Source: Candidatus Bathyarchaeota archaeon
GTDB lineage: Archaea; Thermoproteota; Bathyarchaeia; Bathyarchaeales; Bathycorpusculaceae
Direction of reading: 5' to 3'
NCBI GenBank assembly: GCA_963832745.1
Contig: CAWHVC010000003.1
Span: 640,001-704,000, forward strand
Length of the DNA stretch: 64,000 bases
Every line of letters starts with the position of its first letter. Positions within the stretch are counted from its first letter, which is position 1. The notes beneath the pieces are model-generated. The model made no database searches. It saw nothing but the letters and a program-made list of their open reading frames with translations, and had not been told where the DNA came from. The position numbers and the translations under genes were made by a program. Below, one piece after another: positions 49,117-59,859 of this stretch.

Positions 49117-49183
49117 AATTTTTCCTCCTTAAAAATAAAAATTAATCTTAACCATTCAAGGAAGCCTCTTCCGCCATTTTTTT

Positions 49184-50221
49184 CTATCCTGAAAACCGTT
49201 GCAGTTCATCAAGTTTAAGCCGCGCCATCAAATACGAAATCGAAGACTCCGACCCCTGATTCCAATTCGCCGAATCAGCTGTTAACCCGTCAAAGCAGCC
49301 TCCGGTTTCAGGATTATACATTACAAACTGGCGCGTGTTTCTACCCAGAAACCATTCAAAAGCCACAACAGCAGCCTCTAAGTATCGAGTTTGCCGTGTC
49401 GCGTAAAAGGCGTCGGCTGCGGCGTCAACAAGTGCAGCTGCTTCAAGGGGTTGCTGGTCATAAATCGCCCGTTGCCCGCCATAAGTGTACCAGCCCTTGT
49501 TGCCTATGGGAACAAATTTGTCATCAATGACAAGTGTGTCAAGAATAAAATCCACGGATGTTTGGGCAACATCAAGATAAACTTGTTTTTTGGTTACCAT
49601 GTACGCGTTAAATAGTGCTTGAGGCAAACGGGCGTTGTCGTAGGTTAAGTAAGGTTCAAACCAGCGCCAGTCAGGTTTAGCTTCATTTTGGTATTGCTGC
49701 ACTATACTGTCAGCCAGTTTTTCGGTGTTTTCACGCAGGTCATCAGCCGGTTTAGCCTTGTAACAGTTATAGAGCCCCAAAATTGCGCCTGCGTAGGCTC
49801 GAAGTGAAATTGACCTTGCCAAGCAGGGCAGTGCATTGTCAAAAATTTCTTTAGCTACCAGTTTAGTGTCACTAGGCAGCTTCGAGTTTACGGTTCGTCC
49901 ACACCCCCACAATGCTCTACCCAAGCAGTCATCAGAACCATCCACATCCAGAAAACGCCTGTTGTAACTAAGGTAATTGTGAAAGTTGCCATCAGGTTTC
50001 TGCATGTGATTAAGAAACGCCAAGTAAATGCTTGCTAATTTTTTGATTTGCTGATCACTTTTTATATTGCTGTATTGTGCACAGGCAACTAAGGCTCTGG
50101 CGTTGTCGTCTGTTGTGTAGCCTTCTTCACGTTTGGGGATGCAATGTCTTGCATGCTGAAAAACGCCTGTGTCATCCGTAAAAGATTGTAAGTAATCAAT
50201 TTTTATAGCGGGTAACCGCAT
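49184..50221 (-). CDS. Six-hairpin glycosidase-like protein (GT4-associated)
   Basis: TDDTGVFQHA, GYTTDDNARAL, YDNARLPQAL, DQQPLE, GGCFDGL, NQGSES. Confidence 0.82.
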   Translation of the reverse strand: MRLPAIKIDYLQSFTDDTGVFQHARHCIPKREEGYTTDDNARALVACAQYSNIKSDQQIKKLASIYLAFLNHMQKPDGNFHNYLSYNRRFLDVDGSDDCLGRALWGCGRTVNSKLPSDTKLVAKEIFDNALPCLARSISLRAYAGAILGLYNCYKAKPADDLRENTEKLADSIVQQYQNEAKPDWRWFEPYLTYDNARLPQALFNAYMVTKKQVYLDVAQTSVDFILDTLVIDDKFVPIGNKGWYTYGGQRAIYDQQPLEAAALVDAAADAFYATRQTRYLEAAVVAFEWFLGRNTRQFVMYNPETGGCFDGLTADSANWNQGSESSISYLMARLKLDELQRFSG

Positions 50222-51426
50222 TGAACCTCATCCTTTGGCTGATTTGTAAGTTCATTATACAGATCAAGATACTTTTCAGCAACTAACGGCCAAGTAAAAT
50301 TACGGCTATACAAGTAAGAGTTTTGTTCCAGTGACTGCCGCAACGGCTTGTTTTCCATAATCTCCAATGCCTTTTCTGCAATGGATTCTGAATCGTGAAA
50401 TTCACAAAACACGCCTCGACCATCACCCAAAGCCTCTTTTGCATGAAGGTAAGGTGTTGAAACAATCGCTTTTCCAGCACCCAACGCGTAGGATAACGTG
50501 CCGCTGCTAACTTGGTTGGGTGAAAGATACGGTGTAATGTAAATGTCAGTTGCCTGCAGGTAATTGAGCAGTTCAGGTTTAGACAAGAACCGGTTAAGAA
50601 ATTTAACATGACTACTGACGCCTAACTTTTTAGCTTTAAGCATAAGCATGTTTCGGTAAGATTCGCCTTCGTAACTTCTAACTTGAGGATGCGTAACCCC
50701 AAGCACGTAATAAACAACTCTTGGCTCCTTTTTCACGATTTCGGGTAAAGCTTCAATCACGTACTCGATGCCTTTACCACGGCTAAGCAACCCAAAAGTT
50801 GACAAAACAACCCTGTTTTTTAGGCCTAAATCCTTTTTTGCATTGTCGCTGGGTACCAAGGGAATATCTGGGCAACCGTGAGGAATCATTTTTAGCTTTT
50901 TACCTGAAACGCCTAACTGTTTAAGCAGGTCTTTGGTTGTTTGGTTCATAACTACGATAGCATCGCTGCAGGATACTATTTGGTTAAACACTTTTTTTGT
51001 AGCATCTTCAAAACTTGGAAGAACTGTATGCAATGTAGTTGAAACAGGTTTTTTGAGTTTTTCCAAGAAATTACAGATGTAACTCCCGTTTTCTCCCCCA
51101 AAAATCCCAAATTCATGCTGCAAATTTACAACATCAACCGGTGACCTATTCAAAAGGCCAGCCATAACTTCATAGTCTTCAGAAAAGTCTCGACCAATTT
51201 TATGCTGGATTTGTCCAAAGGCTGACTTAAAAATTCGTCTCCCATCTATTGGAATTACTGTTTGCCCCTCAAGTTTACCAAGTTGGCTTGTTGACTTAAC
51301 CAAGTCAGCGGTAAAAGTTGCTATGCCGCATTTGCGTGGAGGATACGTGCTTACATAGGCAACTTCTTTAACGCTAGCCAATGTGGGGTTACCTATAATA
51401 TGCTTTGCCAACAAAACGTCACGCAT
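50203..51426 (-). CDS. GT4 glycosyltransferase
   Basis: STYPPRKCGIATFT, QHEFGIFGG, TFGLLSRGKGIE, SSGTLSYA, STPYLHA. Confidence 0.92.
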   Translation of the reverse strand: MRDVLLAKHIIGNPTLASVKEVAYVSTYPPRKCGIATFTADLVKSTSQLGKLEGQTVIPIDGRRIFKSAFGQIQHKIGRDFSEDYEVMAGLLNRSPVDVVNLQHEFGIFGGENGSYICNFLEKLKKPVSTTLHTVLPSFEDATKKVFNQIVSCSDAIVVMNQTTKDLLKQLGVSGKKLKMIPHGCPDIPLVPSDNAKKDLGLKNRVVLSTFGLLSRGKGIEYVIEALPEIVKKEPRVVYYVLGVTHPQVRSYEGESYRNMLMLKAKKLGVSSHVKFLNRFLSKPELLNYLQATDIYITPYLSPNQVSSGTLSYALGAGKAIVSTPYLHAKEALGDGRGVFCEFHDSESIAEKALEIMENKPLRQSLEQNSYLYSRNFTWPLVAEKYLDLYNELTNQPKDEVQCGYPL

Positions 51427-51456
51427 TTATTAGAGTTTCAGCGGTCTTTAAGCGCA

Positions 51457-51480
51457 TGTGATTGTAGTATTACAGTCACA
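51457..51480. promoter_or_regulatory. 24-bp palindrome between divergent GT4 and GH130 genes
   Basis: TGTGATTGTAGT|ATTACAGTCACA, 10 of 12 pairs match. Confidence 0.45.
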
Positions 51481-51559
51481 ACGACAAAATTTAACATACG
51501 ATACAACCATCTTTATATGCCGCCATAACAACATGCTTTTTTCTTGAAGGGAGAGGGAT

Positions 51560-52453
51560 ATGAATCGTTTTAAAGGCAATCCCATATTAGAACCCAACCT
51601 AAAGAACAGTTGGGAAAACTATGCAGTATTCAACGCAGCCGCCATTTATGGCAACAGCCAAGTGCACATAGTTTACCGTGCAATGGGCACCGACAATATC
51701 TCACGTCTAGGCTATGCAACCTCCAACGACGGTTTCACCATTACGGAACGGCTTGATGAACCAGTCTTTTTACCTGCAATCCACGCTGAAAGCTCTGGAT
51801 GTGAAGACCCACGCTTAACAATCCTTGGCGACCAATGCTTAATGGCTTACACCGCCTACAGAAACCATGATTACCCCGTAATCTTTCAAATCGCGTTAAC
51901 CTCAATTGGTTTAAACGATTTGATTAACCAGAAATGGAATTGGAATGAACGAATTTTGCCGTTTCCAAACGTGAGAAATAAGGATGCCTTGATTCTTCCG
52001 GGAAAAGTCGATGGCAAATACGTTATGTTCCACCGTATAGAGCCAAGCATTTGTGTTGCCTACTCTGAAGACCTAAAGCAGTGGCATGGTTTCAAATCGA
52101 TTATGGAGCCACGGGATAAAATGTGGGACAGCCAAAAAATTGGCGCCGCCGGAACACCAATAGAACTCAACGAGGGTTACCTGTTCATTTACCACGGCGT
52201 AGATGACAACAAGAATTACTCGCTTGGCGCAGCATTGCTGGACAAGAAAGACCCCGAGAAAGTTTTATACCGAACTGAAAAGCCGATTTTAACACCATGT
52301 GAAGGCTATGAATGTGTTGGCCAAGTGCCAAACGTGGTTTTCAGCTGTGGAAACGTGCTGCTTGATGACCAAGTAATAGTTTACTATGGCGGAGCAGACA
52401 GCGTTTTATGTGCAGCAAGCTATGAGCTTAACGAGTTACTTCCAGCAAAGTAA
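51560..52453 (+). CDS. GH130-family glycoside phosphorylase/glycosidase, paralog
   Basis: VFNAAA, GCEDPRL, NKDALI, MFHR, VPNVVFSCG, YYGGAD. Confidence 0.9.
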   Translation: MNRFKGNPILEPNLKNSWENYAVFNAAAIYGNSQVHIVYRAMGTDNISRLGYATSNDGFTITERLDEPVFLPAIHAESSGCEDPRLTILGDQCLMAYTAYRNHDYPVIFQIALTSIGLNDLINQKWNWNERILPFPNVRNKDALILPGKVDGKYVMFHRIEPSICVAYSEDLKQWHGFKSIMEPRDKMWDSQKIGAAGTPIELNEGYLFIYHGVDDNKNYSLGAALLDKKDPEKVLYRTEKPILTPCEGYECVGQVPNVVFSCGNVLLDDQVIVYYGGADSVLCAASYELNELLPAK

Positions 52454-52678
52454 CTCCTTTTTTGTTTGCTTTTTCATTTTTCATGTTGACTTGACGGGCA
52501 ACCACACATTTTTAAATCACGCATAACATAGAAAATTATTGTACACCTAAGAACTATCAAAAAATGCTGATAAAAATTCAAAGTTGTAGATTTCTGTTAC
52601 TTTGAAAGCTCAGCAGTTTGTTTTTGTTTTTGACGTCAACAGTTGAAATTTAGGTGTCTTTTACGGAGGTGAAAGGAG

Positions 52679-53212
52679 TTGCCTGAGTCTTACAGTGAAG
52701 TTGACAACAATTCTGATATCCAAAACACTGTTCAAAAAATAGAAACAGCAAACGAAAATGAAGAACCAAATGCTGTTACAGGTACCCAAGAAGGCGTGGA
52801 AGACTGGAAAAGCGGAGAATCTCAGGTTGCTGGAAGAATGACTGGAACCATGGAGGACTTAGAGAGAATGCAGGAAACTGAGTTCTTAATGAGTGAAGTG
52901 CGGGAATGCATTCAAGATTGTTTAGACTGTTTCCGAATCTGTAACCAAACATTGATTAGATGTTTAAGCATGGGCGGCAAGCACGCTGAAGTTGAGCATT
53001 TAAACCTCTTAATGGATTGTGCCAAAATCTGCAATACAAACGCTGATTTTATGCTAAGGAACTCGGCATATTACCCTCAAATCTGCGGTTTTACAGCTGA
53101 TATTTGTGACGAATGCAGTGACGTTTTTGACCGATTCGAGGACGATTTTATGAAAGAGTGCGCCAGCGTTTGTCGACGCTGTGCTGAATCGTGCAGGGAA
53201 ATGGCTAGGTGA
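52679..53212 (+). CDS. Cys-rich four-helix-bundle copper-storage-like protein (DUF326/Csp3)
   Basis: CIQDCLDCFRIC, MDCAKIC, CASVCRRCAESC; GGAGGTGA SD. Confidence 0.85.
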   Translation: MPESYSEVDNNSDIQNTVQKIETANENEEPNAVTGTQEGVEDWKSGESQVAGRMTGTMEDLERMQETEFLMSEVRECIQDCLDCFRICNQTLIRCLSMGGKHAEVEHLNLLMDCAKICNTNADFMLRNSAYYPQICGFTADICDECSDVFDRFEDDFMKECASVCRRCAESCREMAR

Positions 53213-53247
53213 CTTGTAAACCTGCCGTGTTTTTGGAGGTGAAATTT

Positions 53248-53727
53248 TTGAGTGGACAAGCGGATATTAAAGAAAAAATTGACGTTACATCTGGTTATGG
53301 CATTTACGAATTGCTAAAACAGGATCACGATGCTGTTAAGAGCATGTTTAAGCAGATGCTAGAGTCAGGTAAGTTTGATGCTGGCTCTTATGCCCAAATT
53401 GAGCAGGCTTTGAGGATGCATCTTGCGGGGGAAGAGAAGCTGTTTTATTCACGAATTGAAAATAACCCCGAAATGCGTACACTTGTTTTGGAAGCTTATG
53501 AAGCGCATGATTTAGGAAAACAGATAATGATTGACATTGATATGTCAGAAAACTTGTCGGCTGATTGGTTGTTTGCTAAGGTTAAATTGTTAAATGAAGC
53601 TGTTGATTTGCATTTTAAAGAAGAAGAGGATGACCTTTTCAAGAGGACAAAAAACGTTTTTTCTGTTGATGATGAGGCTGCATTAGGCAAGCTTTTTGCA
53701 CAAGAAAAAAACGCTATCGTGAAATAA
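53248..53727 (+). CDS. Hemerythrin/HHE domain protein
   Basis: LKQDH, HLAGEEKLFY, EAH, HFKEEEDDLF; TTG start after GGAGGTGA. Confidence 0.85.
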   Translation: MSGQADIKEKIDVTSGYGIYELLKQDHDAVKSMFKQMLESGKFDAGSYAQIEQALRMHLAGEEKLFYSRIENNPEMRTLVLEAYEAHDLGKQIMIDIDMSENLSADWLFAKVKLLNEAVDLHFKEEEDDLFKRTKNVFSVDDEAALGKLFAQEKNAIVK

Positions 53728-53775
53728 CCCTTTTCCAGTTTCTCAAAGGTTACTATGTTTTGGGGTGGTGATTGT

Positions 53776-53934
53776 TTGCCTCCACGTGGAGTGGAAAGTG
53801 ATAAACGAAAACGGCAATATGAGCACATAAAAGAGTCAGAGCTTAAGCGTGGTGCTTCTGAAGAGGATGCTGAACGCATAGCTGCAGCAACTACTAATAA
53901 GACTCGTCGAGAAAAAGGTGAAACCCGGTCTTGA
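53776..53934 (+). CDS. 52-aa basic protein resembling bacterial 'plasmid stabilization'-annotated small proteins
   Basis: Not in ORF track: MPPRGVESDKRKRQYEHIKESELKRGASEEDAERIAAATTNKTRREKGETRS; GGTGGTGA SD. Confidence 0.75.
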   Translation: MPPRGVESDKRKRQYEHIKESELKRGASEEDAERIAAATTNKTRREKGETRS

Positions 53935-54078
53935 CCTGTTTTCTGAATGTTTTTGATTATTTTTTAATGGATTAGCATTTAGATTGTTCATTGATATACT
54001 GGGAAAAATTTATATGTCCTGTTTGATTGTTCCAATTTACTAAATCTATAATCAGATTAAACATACTTGGTGAATATT

Positions 54079-55758
54079 ATGTCAACACAAGGTGGACAAG
54101 TTCCAGTTCTAGTGCTAAAAGAAGGTACTGGAAGATCAACTGGACGTGAAGCACAAAGAAGTAACATTATGGCTGCAAAAATTGTGGCTGAAACAGTTAA
54201 AACCACATTAGGTCCCTGCGGAATGGACAAAATGCTTGTGACAAGCATGGGAGACGTCGCAATTACCAACGACGGTGCAACTATAATGAAGGAGCTAGAC
54301 GTTCAGCATCCAGCAGCAAAAATGCTTGTAGAAGTAGCAAAAGCCCAAGACAATGAAGTCGGCGACGGCACAACAACCGCAGTCGTACTGTCAGGCGAGT
54401 TGCTTTCAAAAGCTGAAAGTTTACTAGATCGAAACGTACACCCAATCGTTATAATTGAAGGCTATAAGAAAGCAAGCGAAAAAGCCCAAGAAATTCTTAA
54501 CAACATTGCAATGCCAGTAGCATTTGATGATGACAAGACCTTAAGGCAAATCGCTATGACTTCACTTAACAGCAAAGGCATTAATGTCGCTCAAGACCAC
54601 TTCACAAAACTACTTGTTGACGCAGTCAAGCAGGTTGCGGAAAAAGTAGACAACAAATACAAGGCCGACCTTGACCTGATTAAGGTTGTTAAAAAGCACG
54701 GTAAAAGCCTTGACGAATCTGAACTAGTCAAAGGCATGGTTCTTGACAAAGAAGTTGCAAGCTCACAAATGCCAAAAATCATCGACAATGCCAAAATTGC
54801 TCTGCTTAATGCCAAACTTGAAATAGAAAAAACAGAGTTCGACGCTAAAATTAACATTGAAAGCCCAGACCAAATGCAACGCTTCTTAGATGAAGAAGAA
54901 CGCATGATAAAAGAAATGGTTACAACCATCCAAAAGTCAGGCGCAAACGTTCTTTTCTGCGAGAAAGGTATCGACGACATGGCGCTTCACTTCCTTGGCA
55001 AAGCAGGCATCTTAGCAGTTAAAAGCGTAAGCAGCAGTGACATCGAAAAACTTGCTCGTGCAACAGGCGGAAGTATCGCTGCAAGCGTAAAAGACCTTAC
55101 AGCAGACACTTTGGGTAACGCTAAACGTGTTGAAGAAGTCAAAATTGGTGAGGACAAACTTCTCTATATTCGTGACTGCAAGAATCCCAAAGCAGTAACT
55201 CTTGTCATTCGTGGTGCATCCAAAAACGTGATTGATGAAGCTGAACGCAGCCTACACGACGGTTTATGTGTCGTTCGAAACGTAATTGAGGACGGCAAAA
55301 TTGTTGCAGGCGGCGGCGCACCAGAAGCTGAACTCGCAAAAGGCTTACGCGCATATGCAGTAAAAGTGGGCGGACGCGAACAACTCGCAATTGAAGCATT
55401 CGCTGAAGCAGTAGAAGCAATCCCATTGACCCTTGCAGAAAACGCAGGCTTAGACCCAATCGACATCATGGTAGCATTGCGCAGTGAACACGAAAAGAAA
55501 GACAGTAAATACATGGGCATCGACGTTACCACAGGCAAAATCGTAAGCATGTGCGATAAACTAATCCTTGAACCCTTGCGTGTTAAACAGCAAGTAATCA
55601 AGTCAGCGACTGAAGCCACTAACATGATACTGAAAATCGATGATTTAATCAGTATCAAAGGCGGCGCAGGCGGAAGAATGCCTCCAATGCCCCCAGGAGG
55701 AATGGGCGGAATGGGAGGTATGGGTGGCATGGGCGGTATGGGCGGAATGCCCTACTAA
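54079..55758 (+). CDS. ths: Thermosome (group II chaperonin) subunit
   Basis: [37 protein letters not shown]-repeat tail. Confidence 0.97.
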   Translation: MSTQGGQVPVLVLKEGTGRSTGREAQRSNIMAAKIVAETVKTTLGPCGMDKMLVTSMGDVAITNDGATIMKELDVQHPAAKMLVEVAKAQDNEVGDGTTTAVVLSGELLSKAESLLDRNVHPIVIIEGYKKASEKAQEILNNIAMPVAFDDDKTLRQIAMTSLNSKGINVAQDHFTKLLVDAVKQVAEKVDNKYKADLDLIKVVKKHGKSLDESELVKGMVLDKEVASSQMPKIIDNAKIALLNAKLEIEKTEFDAKINIESPDQMQRFLDEEERMIKEMVTTIQKSGANVLFCEKGIDDMALHFLGKAGILAVKSVSSSDIEKLARATGGSIAASVKDLTADTLGNAKRVEEVKIGEDKLLYIRDCKNPKAVTLVIRGASKNVIDEAERSLHDGLCVVRNVIEDGKIVAGGGAPEAELAKGLRAYAVKVGGREQLAIEAFAEAVEAIPLTLAENAGLDPIDIMVALRSEHEKKDSKYMGIDVTTGKIVSMCDKLILEPLRVKQQVIKSATEATNMILKIDDLISIKGGAGGRMPPMPPGGMGGMGGMGGMGGMGGMPY

Positions 55759-55911
55759 AACCCCCAAACTTTCTTTCTTTTATTATTTTAACGCTTAACC
55801 TAAAAAAACGAATGTTTACTTCTCTCTCCTGATACCTCAAAAATGTGTCTGCGCTATTTTGTTCCATAACCTATAAAAATTAGGTGAATTGATTTTTATT
55901 TTGGACAAAAA

Positions 55912-57512
55912 ATGCGCAAAACTGTTTCTTCTTCGCTTACAATTTTCTTGGCTCTTAGTGCGTTATTTCTGACTGGAAGCACATTTGGCGTTTATTCTAC
56001 AAATGCTCAATCGATTAATACTAGTTTTGAAGAAATCCACATTACCGCTGACGGAAGCATCGTCCCTTCAACAGCGCCAATTCAACGAAATGGCAACACC
56101 TATACTTTGACCGCCGACATAATCAGCGCTTTTGGAGCAAACGGAATCATCGTGGAAAGAAATAACATTATTTTGGATGGTGCTGGTCACAAGATAGAAA
56201 GCGAAGGCTGCGAACGTCCATGGGAAAGAAAAATCTACCACACTGCAGGTATAGACTTAACAAACGATTCAAACGTTACAGTCGTAAACACTGAAATTAA
56301 CCTATTCTATAATTCCATTATTCTTAGTTGCTCTTCCAACAATAAAATAATCGACAACGAAATAAATGTCAGTCAAGATGGCGAGCATGGAATTGACATT
56401 CGACCAAGCTGTGAAGAGAACTATATCTCTGGAAACAAAATAATTTCACCTCATTATGGCATCAGTTTCGTTCTGTCTGGAAATAATAAAATTATTGAAA
56501 ATGACTTAACGGGTGATATACTTCTTCAGAATTCCAATAATAACGAAATTTCCTATAACAGCATTAAAGCTCAAGCGCGGGGTCTTGCTTTAGAATCTTC
56601 ACATAATAACAAGCTGAGAGGAAATACGTTCAGCATTTATGCACTAGAAATATCAGGCAGTAGCATCTCAGATTTTATGAATGACGTTGATACATCAAAC
56701 AAGTATGCCGGCAAACCAATCTATTATTGGGTCAACGTGCATGACCAAAAAATTCCCTCAGACGCCATATATGTATGCCTTGTAAGCTGTTCAGGTATAA
56801 CGATCGAAAATCTACGTTACGAATTCTCAGGACCCAGAATCTTGCTGGTCAATACGACAAATTCCTTAATTACTAAAAACTATGCCAAAGGAACCGACAT
56901 TTATTTCCTAAATCTTACTTACTCCGACAACAACAGCGTCATCGAGAACTGCATAGATAGAAATATGATAGGAATATTTCTTGGGTATTCCTCACAGAAT
57001 ATAATCTCTGAAAACAACATAGTTAACAACTATAAGGGTATTGTTTTATTTTCATCTTCTCAAAATACCCTATCTCAAAATAATGTTTCGGCAAACAATA
57101 TCGAAGGAATATCAAACGGGCTTTCTTTTGAATATTCTTCTGAAAACAACGTCTTCAATAACAGTATAGTCAGTAACTGTGGTTTTGGTATTGAATTAAT
57201 CTCCTCTTTTGGAAACAAGTTCTATCACAACAGCATCATAAACAATATTCAACAAGTCTCATGCGTTAATTCCACAAACGTTTGGGATGATGGCTCAGCT
57301 TCAGGAGGCAACTATTGGAGTGACTTAGCTAATGGAGAATCAATCTACGCTATAGATGCTAATAACCAAGACAATTATCCGCTTAATAATTTTGGTAAAC
57401 AGAGTATTTTTTTGTTAGAGATTATTCTTGTGCTGATTTTAGTGGTTTTACTGTAAGTTTTACAATTATCTATTTCACGGTAGTTAGAAGAAAGGCTCGA
57501 TATAATAGTTAA
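55912..57512 (+). CDS. NosD/CASH beta-helix surface protein; TM anchor apparently frameshifted near 57445
   Basis: IHITADGSI..STAPIQRNGNTYTLT, SxNN repeats, GNYWSD, DNYPL; ORF stops at 57456 mid-TM and the shifted frame continues VSFTIIYFTVVRRKARYNS. Confidence 0.8.
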
Positions 57513-57519
57513 CCATCAA

Positions 57520-57567
57520 AACTAACCTACTGTGGCTAAACAGCCTACGAGCAGCAACCTTATAGAG
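57520..57567 (-). repeat. Possible highly degenerate repeat copy G
   Basis: AACCTACT...AAACAG...GCAGCAACCTTATAGAG resembles the reverse complement of copy D; same position and orientation relative to a surface gene as copy A. Confidence 0.3.
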
Positions 57568-57636
57568 ACTTAAGAGCTTGAGGGTGTTAACCTTATATTG
57601 AGTTAAATAGACATACTCAGTAATCGGAGAAGCCGC

Positions 57637-58362
57637 ATGAAACACGTAAAGATTTCAGCGTTTGATTGCCCTGATGCTTGGTTTAAAACTATAAGCAGAA
57701 TCTGGTATGAGGGTGACATTTTTCCTGTCGGTTTTGGGTCTGAAGAAACAGAAACAAAGAAGCTGAATCTTTCAATCGAAATTGAGCATCCAGAAAACAG
57801 GCCGCTTGTAAGTGACAAAGCATCCTGCGACTTCAAGTACGTGCAAGGTTATGCGCTTGAATACTTATGGAGCGGCGAGTGCGCGGAAACCGAAGTTTAC
57901 ACTTACGGCAGCCGACTTAACAAGCCAATAAATCAAATCGAGGAAGCTGTTAAGCGGTATGCTGAAGAGCAAAGAGACCGCCAAGTCACTATGGTGATTC
58001 GTCTCCCTTCAGACATCAAAAAGTTTGATGAAAACAATAAAAAAAGTGAGCCGCCCTGCCTAAGCTTAATTGACACCGAAATTTCCGACGGCAAACTCCA
58101 CCTGACTTGCTACTTCCGCAGTTGGGACGCTTTTGCCGGTTTACCCGCAAATATCGCTGGTTTGCAACTTTTCAATGAAGCGTTTGTGAGCGAAATAAAT
58201 GAGAAGGGTGGCTTGAATTTGAAGACGGGTAAAATGATTTTTCACAGCAAAAACTGCCACATTTACCAGCGTCAATACAACTTAGTCAAGGAGCTGCTGG
58301 AGCCTAAAGATAACACAAAACGTTTAGCAAAAGCCTTGAAAGACCAGGAAAAGGAAGCTTAA
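57637..58362 (+). CDS. thyA: Archaeal-type thymidylate synthase
   Basis: YTYGSRL, PPCL catalytic Cys, YFRSWD..AGLPAN, HIY. Confidence 0.85.
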   Translation: MKHVKISAFDCPDAWFKTISRIWYEGDIFPVGFGSEETETKKLNLSIEIEHPENRPLVSDKASCDFKYVQGYALEYLWSGECAETEVYTYGSRLNKPINQIEEAVKRYAEEQRDRQVTMVIRLPSDIKKFDENNKKSEPPCLSLIDTEISDGKLHLTCYFRSWDAFAGLPANIAGLQLFNEAFVSEINEKGGLNLKTGKMIFHSKNCHIYQRQYNLVKELLEPKDNTKRLAKALKDQEKEA

Positions 58363-59735
58363 GTTACCTTTTTTATTGGGTACTCCAAGTTTTTCCAGGC
58401 TGTCATGCCTCCAAGCATGTTTAGGACCTTGCTAAAGCCTTGCTTTTTAAGTAAACTTATAGCAATGCTTGAACGTTCACCGACAGAACAAACCACAACT
58501 ACAGGCTTATCTTTTGGTAAGGCTGCTGCTTTTTGAGGTAATTCTGGGAAAAACATTAACTCAGCACCTTCTATGACGCCGTCTTCTTCCCATTCGCTTG
58601 GTTCCCGCACATCAACAAGCGTAAACTCGCCCTTGCCAAAACTTGCATACACTTCTTTAGGCGTTATCGTACAGTTGCCATCAAAAGGTTTGCCGGCTTC
58701 CATCCAAGTTCTCATGCCGCCGCAAAGGTAACCGCACAAATTGTCAAACCCAAGCCTATGTAGGTGCGCTGTGGCTCTCTGGATGTCTTGAGCGCATTCA
58801 AGAATGAACAGGATGTACTGGTCTGGGTCAAGTAGCCAGCCGGGATAAACGCTGGTTCCTCCAAGCCACATGCTAAGTGAGCTGGGGATGTGGGCTCCCG
58901 CAAAACTGTAATGGTTGCGTGTATCCATCACTGTCATGTTATGTTCAGCCATTTCTTCCTCAAAAGTTTCCAAAGTTAACGCTTTGGGATAGGATAATTC
59001 GCTTAGTAAGGGTGGACCGTTAAGGTTGAGTTCTTCCATTTTGCGGAAGTAACGTGGCAAAACATGTTTTGTCTGCACAGCCCTCTTAACAAAATCTTCT
59101 TTGTCCAGTTGTAGGTAAGGGTTGGTTTTGCGTTCATACCCGATAGTTGTAGGTTCTTGGTTGCTTATGCCTTTACCGCAAACGCTGCCTTCACCATGCG
59201 CTGGGTAAACGAGTACGTGGTCACCAAGCGGTAACAATTTTTCATGTAAGCTGTTGTAAAGTTTTTCAGATTGAACTGGGTATGCTTCTTTGCCGTAAAG
59301 GTCGGTTCGACCCACTGAACCCGCAAACAATGTGTCGCCTGTGAAAACCATTAAGGCTTCCTTGTTGCCTGAAGGATAAACCGCGTAACACATGGACTCG
59401 TTAGTATGTCCTGAAGTGTAAATTGCTTTGATTTTGAAGTCGCCAGCGTTGAGGATGTCGCCGTCGTCAAGCTTATGTTCGCCATACTTGAAGCCTAAAG
59501 CGTTGCTGTGGCCAATTTCTGCCTCAGTCATGTTCTGCAGTTCCAAAGAGCCGATAACGTAGTCTTCATTTCTATGGGTTTCAAGAATGTAACGGATTTT
59601 TACGCATTCTTCCTTAGCAAGCTCCGTGTAGACTTCACAGTCCCTGCGTGGGTCAATAACTATGGCTTCACCTTTACTGGAAATAAAATAACTGTTATGC
59701 GCTAGCCCTTCAGACTTTACAGTTTGAATCTTCAA
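58359..59735 (-). CDS. MBL-fold hydrolase fused to two rhodanese domains
   Basis: ETHRNEDY, GHT, FTGDTLF, YPAHG, DVREPSEW, CSVGERS. Confidence 0.9.
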   Translation of the reverse strand: MKIQTVKSEGLAHNSYFISSKGEAIVIDPRRDCEVYTELAKEECVKIRYILETHRNEDYVIGSLELQNMTEAEIGHSNALGFKYGEHKLDDGDILNAGDFKIKAIYTSGHTNESMCYAVYPSGNKEALMVFTGDTLFAGSVGRTDLYGKEAYPVQSEKLYNSLHEKLLPLGDHVLVYPAHGEGSVCGKGISNQEPTTIGYERKTNPYLQLDKEDFVKRAVQTKHVLPRYFRKMEELNLNGPPLLSELSYPKALTLETFEEEMAEHNMTVMDTRNHYSFAGAHIPSSLSMWLGGTSVYPGWLLDPDQYILFILECAQDIQRATAHLHRLGFDNLCGYLCGGMRTWMEAGKPFDGNCTITPKEVYASFGKGEFTLVDVREPSEWEEDGVIEGAELMFFPELPQKAAALPKDKPVVVVCSVGERSSIAISLLKKQGFSKVLNMLGGMTAWKNLEYPIKKVT

Positions 59736-59859
59736 AATAAATCACCCAAAACTTACCAAAACAGTAGGCAACTTAACGATTTATTCTTTCCGCCAAGCCC
59801 TTTCGTTGTTAAACCTTTATAGCATCTGACTTGACTATCAATATATTGGAGTGGCATTT

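Noticed and set aside
55690-55750. GGCGGAATG-type tandem repeat
   Set aside because: Ordinary GGM tail of chaperonins.
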